Under the pieces are notes generated by a model. It ran no database searches, had not been told where the DNA came from, and worked only from the letters and a program-made list of their open reading frames with translations. 64,000 bases of DNA, from assembly GCF_011386835.1 (NCBI RefSeq), contig NC_088794.1:4898001-4962000 (forward strand). Reading direction: 5' to 3'. Below, one piece after another: positions 11,259-23,993 of this stretch (position 1 is the stretch's first letter; each line of letters starts with the position of its first letter). The DNA comes from Chrysemys picta bellii (Eukaryota). The position numbers were made by a program, and so were the translations under genes.

Positions 11259-14200
11259 ACCAATTCTTGAATCTGTTTACCTCTGTACTGGTTTAGTGAT
11301 GGGGAGTGGAAACAGGTGAATTCAATTCCAATCCCATTGCAATGTAATTTCACAGAGCCCTTGGGAGTATTGTTCATTATTGTATTGTTATTATTATTAA
11401 TCTGTTTGTATTCCAACACATCCTGCAGGGCCCACCTAAAATCAGGACTTTATTAGGCAATTACCCCAGCAAAATTACAGGAGGCACCTGTTTCACATGT
11501 GTGAATATATGTGATGTGCTTCGAAAGCACAGAGCTATTTGTATTGGGAAAGAAGTGGGGGGCATCTAATCTGTCTCCCTCTGCTTTGTCGTGGGTTTGG
11601 TTTCATTATGCAGTTGCAAGTATGAAGTGTGTGATTTCTATGGCTGAACCAAAGGGAGTTTGCACACCCTCCTGATACTCTGCAGCCCTTTATGTCCCCT
11701 ATGGGGTTGTTGTAGAGATTGTCACTGGTTGGTATCCATGCATGTGGAGGAGAAAGGTGATTTCCATCACAATGGCCTTTATTTTAAGTTAAGGGAGCGA
11801 CAAAACTCGTAAGAACAAGGGTAACATTTCCAAAAGAGAACATGGTGTGTGTGCCTCCTCTGTGAGAATCTGCACTGAATTGAATACAACATAATATGGA
11901 GAGGGCGAGTTTTCTCTACCATATAAATTAAACAGAAAGAAAAAGTCATATCAGACACTAGATGTTTATAGCACATCATCAGGTTAGCTGTGAGGTCATA
12001 CTCTTTATTCGGCTGGAAAGTGTTATGGACTCTGAAGAATAGGGATTTTGGGAATTGTACAGCTCGGGTTACAGTGAGTGAGAAATGGATAGAGCTGGGA
12101 CAGTAGCTGATTTTTGAGTTCATGGGTGGTTACAAAAATTGAAAAACAAATTCAGTTCAACCTGAACCAAATCTGAAAATTCCCTAAATGTTTGGCAAAC
12201 TGGAAAACATTGACAAAAATTGCCTGTGAGATTGAAGGAATTATTTAGCATGACCAGAAACTGAACATTTCTGTTCCTTCCTGGATACTTTTTGATGTAA
12301 AAGCAAAGACACTGACAAAATGGATAGGAATGGAAGAGGCAGTAATGGTGCTGATTCCCTTGTAGACTTTAAACAAGTGATAAGATCACTGCTGTGAGAT
12401 GTGGGAGATCCATGTCAATTCCCCCTCTGTCTGATGGGAGAAGCCATTTGAAAGTGGGTCTCCCACATTGCCGGTCAGTGCCCTGGCGACTGGGCTATGT
12501 TCAGTCCTGCATCGTTCTCAGGACTGGTCTACTCTACCGTTGTAAATTGATCTAAGTTACGCTACTTCAAGTTGACTAAGTTGGTCTGACTTACAGCGAT
12601 GTCCACACCGTGCTATGTCAACCGGAGAGTTACATAACTGAAGTAGGGCAACATAGATCAGCCGACAGCGTTACTGTAGCCCGGCCCTGAGGAAGATCCA
12701 TAATGGAACCTCGTATCTGAGGGAGGTGGAGTACAGACTTCAACAGATGAGCGGTCTCCCATCGATTTAGCATGTCTTCCCCAGACCTGCTCAATCAACA
12801 CCATTTCATCTATCACTGTAGTCTTTTTTTAGCCAGTAGTGTAGATTTGCCCTCAGTCTCTCCTGTTGAAGAATCACAGCACCAGAAAGAGAGAATGACT
12901 CTATACACAAGTGGTTTGGAGCACCCACATGCTCAACTTCATGTCTCTGTTATTTAATTTGTTATCCACCGTAGAACAACTTTGAAAGGAGAGACTGAGA
13001 GCAACCCAGACTGGAATAGCACATGACTGAGTGGCTGGGATGCTTTCTGGAAATACAGGAAACCCAAGTGCACATCTTTGCCCAGCATTGGCCAGAAGAT
13101 GGAATTGAACCTGGATCTCACACCTCACAGGAGAACACCCTAAGTATTGAGTTAAAAATTACAGAGAGAGGGTGCATCACCACCTCCTACTGGTCGCTGC
13201 TTCATGACCAGCACCTAAATCCTACTCCCCCACACACATTGTTTTGGGACAAGGCTATTAGGAGACTATGTAGCACATTTGTGAATAGTTTCAGGTCAAC
13301 CCCAATGGAATTTTTTTTTCAATAAATTATTAATCCAGAAGAAATTCACCCATTTCAAGATACTTACATGTCCCAATGCTGGGAAATTACTTAAAGAGAC
13401 ATTTGGAGAGGTGACTAACAAATAAAGTGGAATATATTCACCTCAGTTTTGTATCATATTCAAAAGACCTCATGGGAGAGACAGCGATACAAACCAGCTG
13501 ATGATCTGCCCCTCTGTGTTCCATTTCCACAAGGAGAGACACGGTCACAACATTAATTTCATGTGCTGTGCACACCTCTTGTGCTGGGAGCAAAGATGTT
13601 CCAGGGATCAAATATCAAAGTCATCCCAGGAAGCAGCTCCAGATGTGTTAAGGATAATGTTGGTACGGTTAGAAAAGAGGGAAAGATTCGTCTCTAAGTC
13701 TGATTTTAGGGTTCTGAGCAGATACTGCTTCCGTCCTCAACTCAATCTAAGTGAAGGGAGAGAAAACAAAGAGGTGTCACCAAGTCATGGGCAAACAAAT
13801 CAGTTTTAGAGCATTTCGGCCTTTAATTGAAATGACAGTGAGCCATTCCTGGGTGGGAAAGGAAGGAATTATCCTGAGAGGAGAAATTTAAACTGTTCTG
13901 AACATATTTACCTATCAAAAGAAGGAAAGGGCTTTACCAAGGGAGGGAGAAGAATGACTGAAAAAGGAGAGAGAAATAGCTTTAAAAGGAAAGGGGGAAA
14001 ACTCCCCCATCGATTCAGGGAATGTCTCTACTAAAGCCATTACATTGACTCAGCTATGGTGTGCAGCAGTGCCGTAGTGTAGTTGCTTTCCACATTGCAG
14101 TAGCTCGGTCAATAGAAGAATTACACCGAGGGTCAGTACAAGCTAACTCCCTCGCACAGGGTGTGAAAAGTCCCCCCACCCCCGTACGACGGAGCTCTAT

Positions 14201-14639
14201 TGATCTATTTTTTAAGCATAAATCAGGGCTCAGAGAAGCTGCCAATCAAAAAGACCAGTTGGGAAATCCAGTCCTATCTCCCTGCCAGGGCAGCGGAATC
14301 CCCTTCGGTTCCTTTTGTTCAGGCTAGTTGGAAATATTCCAGCTGTCCCAGCTTCCCAGTAGAGATTATTCTGCATTATGACTGAGCTCAGTGTCAGGCT
14401 GTGTGTGTGTAGTGGGCACTCTGTGTGTGTGTGTGTGTTTGGTGTGCAGTGGGCACTGTGTGTGTGTGTGCATGTGGTGGGGGATACAGTGGAGCTGAAT
14501 CTCAAGTGTGGGCAGGTGTGTATCCCTTGCCTTGCCCACTGCTCAGGCCGGCTTCCCCCCTCCTCCCAGTGCAGGGCTCCTTGTGAGGTCATAGAATCAT
14601 AGGACTGGAAGGGACCTCGAGAGCTCATCTAGTCCAGTG

Positions 14640-15300
14640 GTTCTATGTAATAACAGACCGAGCAAAGTGAATCGCCATACAAAATAAAATAAAACACGCA
14701 AGTCTAAGCCTAACACAGTAAAAACTAAATGCAGGTAAATCTCACCCTCAGGGATGTTCCAACAAGTCTCTTTTACAGACAAGACTTCCTCTAAGTCTGG
14801 GTCCAACAATCACTCACACCCTTGAAGTTACTGCCCTTTGTTCCAGGTTCTTTCAGGCATCACCTTGATGTGGAGAGGCTGTCTTTTGTGCCAGCTGAAG
14901 ACAAAATGGAGGGGTCTCCCAGAGGCTTAAAAAGACTTTCTCTTGCGGATGGAAACCCCTTCCCCTCTCCTATGCAGAATCCGGCTCCAAGATGGAGTTT
15001 TGGAGTCACACGGGCAAGTCACATGTGCATGCATGAGTCAGTTCCTTGCAGGCTGACGCCACATTCCCAGGAAAGCTCAGATGTGGACTGGTGTCTCTCA
15101 AATTTCATTGTTAGCTTACGTGTTTCTTGATTGGGCACTGACTGAGAATAGTCTTTTCTCAAGAAGCTGACCAACTGCTTCACTGAGGCTACTTAAAATC
15201 AAACCAGTACACAGACAATATTCATAACTTCGAATATAAAAATGATCATGCATACAAATAGGATGAATATATTCAGTAGATCATAACCTTTGCATAACTC
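14640..15300 (-). mobile_element. LTR family 2 fragment
   Basis: Homologous to 22990-23743 and 29770-30500. Confidence 0.65.
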
Positions 15301-15414
15301 TGTTTCACGGACTATAAGCTATAGGAAATGAATAAATTTAGTAAAAGAATAATCGGAATGAAGCTAGCATGCTTGGAGATATTTTGTAGGAGCATCTGCA
15401 GAGATACTTCAGTC

Positions 15415-15790
15415 CTCCTTTTTGCAGCCTGCCCTGACCTTGGCATTTTCAGTGAGGACTGCCCCAGGCACCTCCAGGTCACAGGAGGCAGAGAAACCAG
15501 GAGGACGAGTTATGAGCATAACTCCTAGAGGAAGTAGGGGCATAGTGTATCCTGGGCACAGACCTGGGGCGACAGACTTGGGAGTTTCTGAATACAGAGA
15601 TTGCTGGCTGTTGGTTGTTTCTACTGGTGTTAAGGGAAGCAGAACTTTGTGTACATTCTTTGTAACCCCTCCCACATGGATTATACCAAAGAATAGAGCT
15701 GACTTGGATCATCAATTTTTCCTCCTAATACAATCAACCCTGCAATGCCTCACAGGTTGGCACCACGTAGGAGAAGGGGGCACCCACATG
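15415..15790. repeat. Unassigned repeated module X; other copies at 24007-24450, 30630-31254, 38213-38660, 43407-43992, and Y half only at 53985-54239
   Basis: Clear multi-copy homology within the window. Identity not recognised. Confidence 0.7.
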
Positions 15791-16400
15791 CCCTGGAGTA
15801 TTAGGCTTCAGGCCTATATGGTAGTATCTATGTGGTAGTCCTAATGTAAAGATTATTAAACTTTATGCCTAGACAGCGGTATTTTTGTATCATTGCTCAT
15901 CTAAAGATTATTACGCCATACGCCTCCATGGCACTACCTGTGTGGCATTATTCACCCAAAGGCCTAATTGGCATTACCCGTGGGTTATTGCTCACCTGCA
16001 AGGTATGTCTATAGAGTGTAACTTGGGTGGCATGTGGAGCTAGCCACCATAATTACATGACTAGCATCTCGGATTGATATGTACTTGGGGTGGCTAGCCC
16101 CTTCGGCTGCTTGCACCACTCCAACTACACTGGAAGTACCGGTGACCTATTGCTGACCTAAAGGTTCTCGGGTCACAAACCTACATGGTAATATCTGTGA
16201 GGTATTACTGCTTATGTCAAAATTATTAGGCCATAAACCTGCATAGAAGCCCCTGTCAGGTACGGCCCACTTATAGGGTATGAGACCTTAAGCCTAGATG
16301 GCAGTACCTGTGTGGTTTTGCTCACCGAATGAACAGTCCTTGTTATGGCACAAGTGCTTATTAAGGGCAAAATTGATGGTGTTAAAAATGGTGTCAAAAC
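15790..16400. repeat. Degenerate ~55 bp tandem satellite
   Basis: TAAAGATTATT at 15847 and 15902 and CAAAGG at 15957 (55 bp spacing). Consensus approx. TAAAGATTATTAGGCCTTAAGCCTAGATGGCAGTACCTGTGTGGTATTGCTCACC. Confidence 0.6.
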
Positions 16401-16941
16401 GGCAGTCTCATTTGCACATTTCTTTATATTTTTGACATCGAGCCAAGTTCATCGAAGAGGCGGCTCTGCCGGGTTCATCTGGAGTTACACTGGGAATGAT
16501 TATGGCCCAAGTTTTTACTACAAAGCCCTTTTTATGTTGAGGTTTCTTACATATTTGAATGTCGTTTATTATAACATCAAATTCACTCACGTTGTCTACT
16601 CAAAACCTTGTCCCCTATTTGTGTATCTCTGACTGCCTCTTCCTAGTCAGTGGCTTTAGTGCCACAACCGAGGATAAAACCGTATTGTCAATTGTTCTGT
16701 CAGGCGGAGTGAGCCGTACGAGACCCAAACAAGAGGAAGTGTGCAGGACAGGAGTGCTGGGAGTGATGAAATAGCCTGGGCAGTGTGACGGATGTTAGAC
16801 AGTCTTATCTTTGCCAAACAGACCTCTGAGTTTATTCTCCACGGTATGAGAACTGTGGGCCAGATTCATCAGTCTGCTCTGGCCGCTTTGTGCTCTTCTA
16901 GCAAAGCAAAGTATTTAGAACCCTAGTTTAGTTAAGCGTAA

Positions 16942-19400
16942 GGCCTTGTCTACACATGCAGATGTAGAGCGCTGGGAGTTAAACCAGATCTCAGAGACAG
17001 CAGCAGGGCAAGTGCTGATGTGTGTTCAAACTGTCAGCTGCAAGCGCAGTGGCGTGGCCACATTTGCGGCACTAGCAGTGGCATTTGGAGCAGTGTATTA
17101 TGGGCAACTATCCCACAAAGCACCTCTTCCCATTCTGGTACTGAGGCTTGTGGGAAGGGGGAGGGGGGCACGGGGCATTCTGGGTCCTGTCCCACTGCCC
17201 CGTGATGCATCACTTCACATCCCAGCAATCCCTGTACTTCTGTCCACATTTGGCACCATTTTTCCACTTTTTTTTTACTGCATGCTCTGTCTTCCCTTTC
17301 GGGCTGCAGGAATGGATCCCGAACTGCTGAGGAAGATGCTGATGGGTCTCGCCAGCACGTCACGAATTGCAGTCGAGTTACTCCTTAAGCTACAAAGTGA
17401 CAGTGAGGAGTCCGACCATGATGTCGACTCGCATGACGCATATGACACGAGATTGCTTGTGGCATTCATGGACATGCTCATCACTGTGGAACCCCGCTTT
17501 GGGGCTCGGGAAACAAGCACTGAGTGATGGGATCACATCGTCATGCAAGTCTGGGATGACGAGCAGTGGCTGCAGAACTTTCAGATGAGGAAAGCCATTT
17601 TTATGAGACTGTGCACTGAGCTTGCCCCACCCTGCGGCGCAAGGACACGAGATTGAGAGCTGCCCTGTGTGTGGCGATTGCAATCTGGAAGCTGGCAACT
17701 CCAGACAGCTATCAATCAGTCGCTAACCAGTTCGGAGTGGGCAAGTCGTCCATTGGAATAATGTTGATGTATGTTTGCAAGGCCATTAATCGCATTCTGC
17801 TCAGAAGAACCGTGACTCTAGGCAACGTGCGTGACATTGTGGATGGCTTTGCACAAATGGGTTTCCCTAACTGCGGAGGGGTGATAGATGGCACGCCTAT
17901 TCCCATTCTGGCACCAGACCACCTAGCCTCCGAGTACATAAATTGGAAGGGGTATTTCTCTATGGTTCTCCAGGTGCTTGTGGATCACCGTGGGCGTTTC
18001 ACGGACATTAATGCAGGCTGACCTGGAAAGGTGCATGACGCATGCATCTTTTGGAACACAGGATTTTTCAGGAAGCTGCAAGCCGGGACTTTCTTCCTGG
18101 ACCAGAAGATCTCCATAGGAGAAGTCAAAATGCCCATTGTGATCCTTAGAGACCCCGCCTACCCTTTAATGCCATGGCTCATGAAACCGTACAGCGGGAG
18201 CCTTGACAGCAGCAAGGAGCGGTTCAACAACAGGCTGAGTTGGTGCAGAATGACTGTGGAGTGTGCTTTTGGCTGTTTAAAGGCCCGCTGGTGCTGTCTG
18301 TAAAGGAAGCTGGACCTGCCGATGACAACATCCCTACGGTTATAGCCTCGTGCTGTACCCTCCATAACATTTGTGAAGGGAAGAGTGAAAGCTTCACTCA
18401 GGCATGGACCACTGAGGTTCAATGCCTGGAGGCTGAATTTGAACAGCCAGAGACCAGGGCTATTAGAGGGGCCCAGCACGGGGCCATAAGGATTAGGGAT
18501 GCCTTGAGGGAGTAATTCGATGCTGAAAGCCACCAGTAATGTTTGGTGCCCTGCACAGGAGTGAAGTGTAGTGGTTCAATGCTAGTGGTTCCAATGCTAG
18601 GCATCTGTGTTTGCTCCGTATGATGCACTGACTTGCAGTGTGTGTTGCTTACCTGGGCTACGGTATCTTTTACTTAATGCAATAAAGAATGTTTCCCAAA
18701 CCAAAAAATTCATTTATTGAAAAGAAACACAATTGCTGGAGAAACACACATGGCCTGACACATCTGTGCTGTGTGGGAGGAAGGAAGGGGGTGGGGTGGG
18801 GAATGGAACAATCACAGATTTGCGTATGTCCTGTTATCATATTCAACCTTCCTGTTTCGAGTGCTGTGCAATGAGTGAGGCACTTCAGGCTGGCTAAAAT
18901 GCCTGGTGGTGGGGGTTGAGTGCAGTGGGTAAGGGTCCTCCTTGCTTCTTTATGGCCCTCCCTGAGGCTGTGCAGCCTTTCGGCCATTGATAACAAGGAG
19001 GGCTGGGATCTCAAGTTTGCATCTGTAAAGCCAAAATGCAACATTTTACAGAGGCAGCATTGTTCACACCAGACGGAGCAATGATTTGGCCGAACTTAAA
19101 GAGAAGCACATTGTACACAATAGCACAAACTGTCTGTCCCAAGGCGAGCGCACATAACCCACAAAAGCCCCCAAATGGTGAGTAACCACAGGGGTAGGGG
19201 GAACTGATTGTTCCAGGGCCGTACTGTCCTCTGGGGTCCTGTGTCATGGGGAGAGCCCACAGCTGCAGGGGACCCCTATACTCAACACTGTCCCCACATT
19301 TTCCACAGGCTGGGTTCGTCCTGGAAGATATCTCACTGCTGAGGGTGACCTGGGAAGCAAGGGAGGGTCTTCTGTAACAATGCAGTTTCCACCCTGCTAA
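16942..19400 (+). mobile_element. PIF/Harbinger DNA transposon, decayed, right end missing
   Basis: TAA target followed by left TIR GGCCTTGTCTACAC at 16942 and a transposase pseudogene. No matching right TIR found; right boundary approximate. Confidence 0.85.
17312..18515 (+). pseudogene. Harbinger (HARBI1-like) DDE transposase pseudogene
   Basis: MDPELL...WDDEQWLQNF, YQSVANQFGVGKS, GFPNCGGVIDGT, YINWKGYFSMVLQVLVDHRGRF, GKVHDA, DPAYPL, VECAFGCLKARW, CCTLHNICE. Stops at 17525, 18019 and 18301 plus frameshifts. Confidence 0.92.
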
Positions 19401-20572
19401 TTTCAATGAATGTTTGCAATGTCTTTGAAACACAGTCAGATTTTAATGATGCACACTGGACCCACTTTAACCACACTTCCAAACTTGCTTGCCAAGTTAC
19501 GCAATCTCAGTTTGGCAGGCACAGACTTTTAATCATGCCCACTGGGAGCTTATTAAAATGGTCAGAAGCTAATACTGTTTCTGGAGAGATGGGTCAATTA
19601 CACTAAATTGATCGCCTAAGGTCCTGAGATGGAGGCACCTGGATGTGTAACCTCCCTGGAATTTTCCTTTTTGTTTTGTTGCCAGAGCCAGGGTGATTAT
19701 TTTGAACCAGCACGCATAATCGCCCAAGTGCATTGCCTTGTTCCTCATAGGGGAATTAAAGAAATTACCAGCAGAGAATTCCCTAAGAGGGAACATACAG
19801 AGACAGAAACTAATTATTTCATTTGTAACTGCAAAACTGCACAGAAGATACATTTGAAATTCAAAACTGTTGCTCCAGTGACTATATTAGTATCAAACAA
19901 ATACTACTATTAATTCTACTAATGTCAGACCTACACATCCACCTCTCTCTCTATAGCCCGCATACCCTCTGCCCAGACCTTGTAGACCAGGACAGACACA
20001 TCTTGACTGGATGTTCCTTATTGCCATGGGAAAACAGCGAAAGGATATGGACAGAATAAAAATGTTTTAAACTGAAACTACTATCACAGCCACAGTTTAC
20101 AAAACAGGCCCTCCCATAGGAACGAATAATTCCCTTCGCTGCAGGAATGATTGGAATATTCTGATCTGTGGCATGCAGATCTGATAATCATGACCTCTTC
20201 TGGCCTTAAAATCTATGGACCCGTGTACCGACTTAATTTCCTGTTTAAAAATAATGCAAAGAGAAGCCTCTGTATTCGGAACTGTTTGGATGAATTCAGA
20301 GCGGAATAAAAAAAAATTAAAACCAGTTGCTAAAGAAAGAAAAGAACATTTTGAAAATCCACCCACTCCCCAAATATACAGCGCACTTCATTTCTGATCT
20401 ATAACAACTCTCCTGGGATTTCTATTTCTATTCCTGGATCCCCTGGCATTCCAGTCCGGTCCAGCTCATCTGTAATCTGCCGGACTCCCAGACATGCCCC
20501 CAGCTCTGCATCAAATGCTGATTTGCATCACCTTGGTTTCCATTACATTAAATATGTAGAATACTTGCGCAT

Positions 20573-20573
<1 letters not shown>

Positions 20574-20645
<72 letters not shown>
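20574..20645. repeat. (CA)36 microsatellite; (CA)13 in unit B at 34832-34857
   Basis: Direct reading. Confidence 0.95.
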
Positions 20646-20648
<3 letters not shown>

Positions 20649-22547
20649 TCTACCAACACACTTTAGTTGAGAGGATAGATAGCCTAGCATTTAGAGTGCC
20701 TGTGGTAGGGCAGGGAGGTGAGCTGTAATGGGGGCAAACACACAATTAGAGCCTGGGGACTGGCTAGAGCAACATTTAGGGTGCTAGCATGTTAGATGAG
20801 GTGGGTTCATGTCCCTGCCCCCCGTCAATGAGATTTTGACAGTCAATAGTATTTACATTTCTAAGTGCCCAAAGGCTTTTTTGAAAATGATATTGGAGCA
20901 ACATAACCTACAAAGGGTGTGACACTCTAAGGGTATGTCTACACTACCCACCCACGAAAGCTTATGCCCAAATAAATGTGTTAGTCTCTAAGGTGCCACA
21001 GGACTCCTCGTTGGTTTTGAGTGTACTGAATTTCTCTGCTCCCACACTACTCTTGTGCATCCAAGAGGCATCACACAGACGAGGGAATGTGGAGCAGAGA
21101 GTGTCTGGGGACAGGAGTGGGAGCGTGTGTTATGGTGTTGGGCCCTGTAGAGATAGTGTAATGGACCTGCTGGCTCATGGTCAGGCCCCACCGCCCACCC
21201 CACTCCAGAATTAGCTGGAGGAAAAGGATTGGGCCACAGCTCATTCTGGGAGGGGATCTGGTTCGTGTATGGCCACCAGAGAGCGCTGTCTTACCCAAGT
21301 TCCGCATGGTGACAGCAGAGGGGTCCGTGTGACCGGGCAAGGCAGTGCCACCCAGAGGGCACAAGAGGATGAGGGTCAGCCAGCGAGCTGCTGCGAGTGG
21401 GCAGGGGCGGCCAGAGGCAGCCGCCTGGGAGCTGGCTGTGGAAGAGGAGGACAAGTAGCAGGCGGCCTGAGAGCAGGGCCAGAGGCCGGGGATGGGAAGT
21501 TGTAAGCAGAGCACTGAAGTACCTGAGGCTCTCAGAAGGCGAAGTGTTTAATGGGGACCCACCAAGGGACAGAGAACCCACCAAGAGCCTAGGGCTCGAA
21601 GGGCCACCGCGCTGACCTCTGCGCTCACGGTACACGGAGCTCACTAGAAGGGACTGGTGAACTCCCAGCAACACCCTCCACCGGGCACAGTGGATTCGAT
21701 AGCCGCAAAGGAAGAGCTGGACTGTTCCTTGCAGCGTGCGGGCCCCGATTGTGCCTGTTAGGCACAGCCAGCCCAGATCCTTACAGGTATTTAGGTGCCT
21801 ACCTCACATTGAAATCAATGGGGCCCAGATATGAAATCAATAGACCTAGTAACGTCACTGGGACTTAGAGCAGGCCCATGGGGAACAGCACCTCCTCCTG
21901 TCCAGGTTCAGTCCTCTCTGCTGCCTTCAAAGAGGGAGGGAGGGCATGACCCTATCTCCCCCCTCCTTCTCCCGCTGTGGCTCTGGCCTGTTGACTTCAA
22001 TGGGACCACTTCAATTTACACCACCCAGAAACTCCAAATGAGCGATGTCAGTTACACCAGCAAAGAATCTGGTATAGAGACTTCAATGGGGCTTCTTTGC
22101 TTCACACCCCCTAAGGATCTGGCCCACTGACTTCAGTGGATCTAAGCTGATTTATGCCAGCTGGGGATCTGGCCCCACTGAATGACACAGTGTTTATGGG
22201 CAATGGACATTAGCAGGAGATCCGGGCAATTAACTTGAATAGAGCATTTCTTGTTTACACCTGGTCCACTGGCATCAATAGAGTTATGCTGACGCACAGC
22301 AGCTAGGGATCTGGCTTTCACACGGCTGAGTGGGGAAAAACAGTGATGTCTAAAGAATGATAATATGAGTTTGATTCCCATTAGCACTCGCTCCCTTCAT
22401 GGGTTTGGGTCTGAGGTGGGGGACGAAGGCTAGAAGAGTGAAGCTGCTCACTGGAGTTAAGCTTTTCAAAAGCGAATAGTGATTTTGGGTGCCATGCTTG
22501 AAGCACCGCAAGAGGACTGGACTTTCAGAGAGCGCCAAGCACCCACC

Positions 22548-23743
22548 TGTGACGGGTTGGATCACAGAAACCCCCTTGGGAGCTGCCAACTGATGTGCCA
22601 AGACTACTTCTGCCCCTGCTTTCCTGCCCTGGCTGCTTGGGACTCCAGAGCCCTGCCTTGTTTAAGCCTGCTGCAAACCCAGACCCAGGTCTGAACCACG
22701 TCCCCTAACCGCTGTAGGCTTACCTGGAAGCTGCTTGAGAAATGTTCCTGTCTTTAACACTCAGATGCTCAACTCCCAATGGGGTCCAAACCCTGAATAA
22801 ATCCATTTTACCCTGTATAAAGCTTATACAGGGTAAACTCATAGATTGTTCGCCCTCTCTAACACTGATAGAGAGATATGCACAGCTGTTTCCCCCCCCA
22901 ACCCGTGCAGGTACTAATACATACTCCGGGTTAATTAATAAGTAAAAAGTGATTTTATTAAGTATAAAAAGTTGGATTTAAGTGGTTCCAAGTAATAACA
23001 GACAGAAGAAAGTGAATTAGCAAGTAAAATAAAATAAAACACGCAGATCTATCTCTAATACAGTAATGAAACTAAACACAGATAAAAACCTCACCCTCAG
23101 TGGTGTTCCATTAAGCTTCCTTTTACAGACTAGGCTCCCCCTAGTCTGGGTCCAGCAATCACTCACAACCCCTGTAGTTACTGTCCTCTGTTCTAGTTTC
23201 TTTCAGGCATCTTTGGGGGTGGAGAGGCTCTCTCTTGAGCCAGCTGAAGACAAAATGGAAGGGTCTGCCAGGGATTTTTAAAGACTTTCTCCTCTGGGTG
23301 AACACCCCTTGCACTCCCTGTGCAGAATCCAGTTACAAAATGGAGTTTTAGAGTCAGATGGGTAAGTCATATGTCCCTGCACAACTGTGTTCCTTACCAG
23401 CCAAGCCACATTCCCACGAAAGCTTAGATGTGGATTGGCGTCTCTCAAAGTTCATTGTTAGCTTAAGTGTTTCTTGATTGGGCACTTACTAAGAAAAGTC
23501 TTTTCTCTGGAAGCTGACAAAATGCTTCACTGAGGCTACTTAAAATCAAACAAGTACCTAGCCAATATTCATAACTTTGAGTAAAAAATGATACATGCAT
23601 GCAAATAGGATGAATATATCCAGTAGATCATAACCTGTGCAGAGATATGTTACATGGCCTATCTAGCATAAACCATATTCCAGTTATGTCATATTTCCAG
23701 CCATGAGCATATTTCTATAAAGAATTATGGGTGCAATGTCACA
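22548..23743 (-). mobile_element. Solo LTR family 2 variant (~1.2 kb); duplicate at 36758-37949
   Basis: TGTGAC...GTCACA termini, homologous to other family 2 copies. Confidence 0.7.
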
Positions 23744-23785
23744 CTCTGTTAATCACCAGTTTGGGGAATATCCTCCTTTTTGCAG

Positions 23786-23993
23786 GTTTCAGAGTAGCAG
23801 CCGTGTTAGTCTGTATCCGCAAAAAGAACAGGAGTACTTGTGGCACCTTAGAGACTAACAAATTTATTAGAGCATAAGCTTTCGTGGACTACAGCCCACT
23901 TCTGATATGCATCTGAAGAAGTGGGCTGTAGTCCACGAAAGTTTATGCTCTAATAAATTTGTTAGTCTCTAAGGTGCCACAAGTACTCCTGTT
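23786..23993. mobile_element. Penelope-like element terminus, inverted (hairpin) insertion with 13 bp TSD
   Basis: GTTTCAGAGTAGCAGCCGTGTTAGTC end. 79 bp inverted arms at 23825-23903 and 23917-23995. TSD CTCCTTTTTGCAG at 23773-23785 and 23994-24006. Empty sites at ~15415 and ~30634. Confidence 0.85.
23909..23948 (+). ncRNA. Minimal type I hammerhead ribozyme motif (helix III palindrome mutated AGCU to AGUU)
   Basis: GCAU-CUGAAGA-A-GUGGGC UGUA GUCCAC-GAAA-GU-UU|AUGC. Confidence 0.6.

Noticed and set aside
16946-17311. N-terminal part of the 193 aa ORF
   Set aside because: It starts inside the TIR at a non-ATG codon. Transposase homology begins at MDPELL (17312).
21050-21760. GC-rich block with many short ORFs and an acceptor-like CCACTCCAG (duplicate 35260-35970)
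   Set aside because: No recognisable domain in any frame, and the recent duplicate already shifts frames. Left unannotated, though a BLASTx is cheap.
23786-23993. Short repeats and hairpins suggestive of CRISPR arrays or intrinsic terminators
   Set aside because: This is vertebrate DNA. There is no repeat-spacer periodicity, and the hairpins are explained by Penelope inverted ends.
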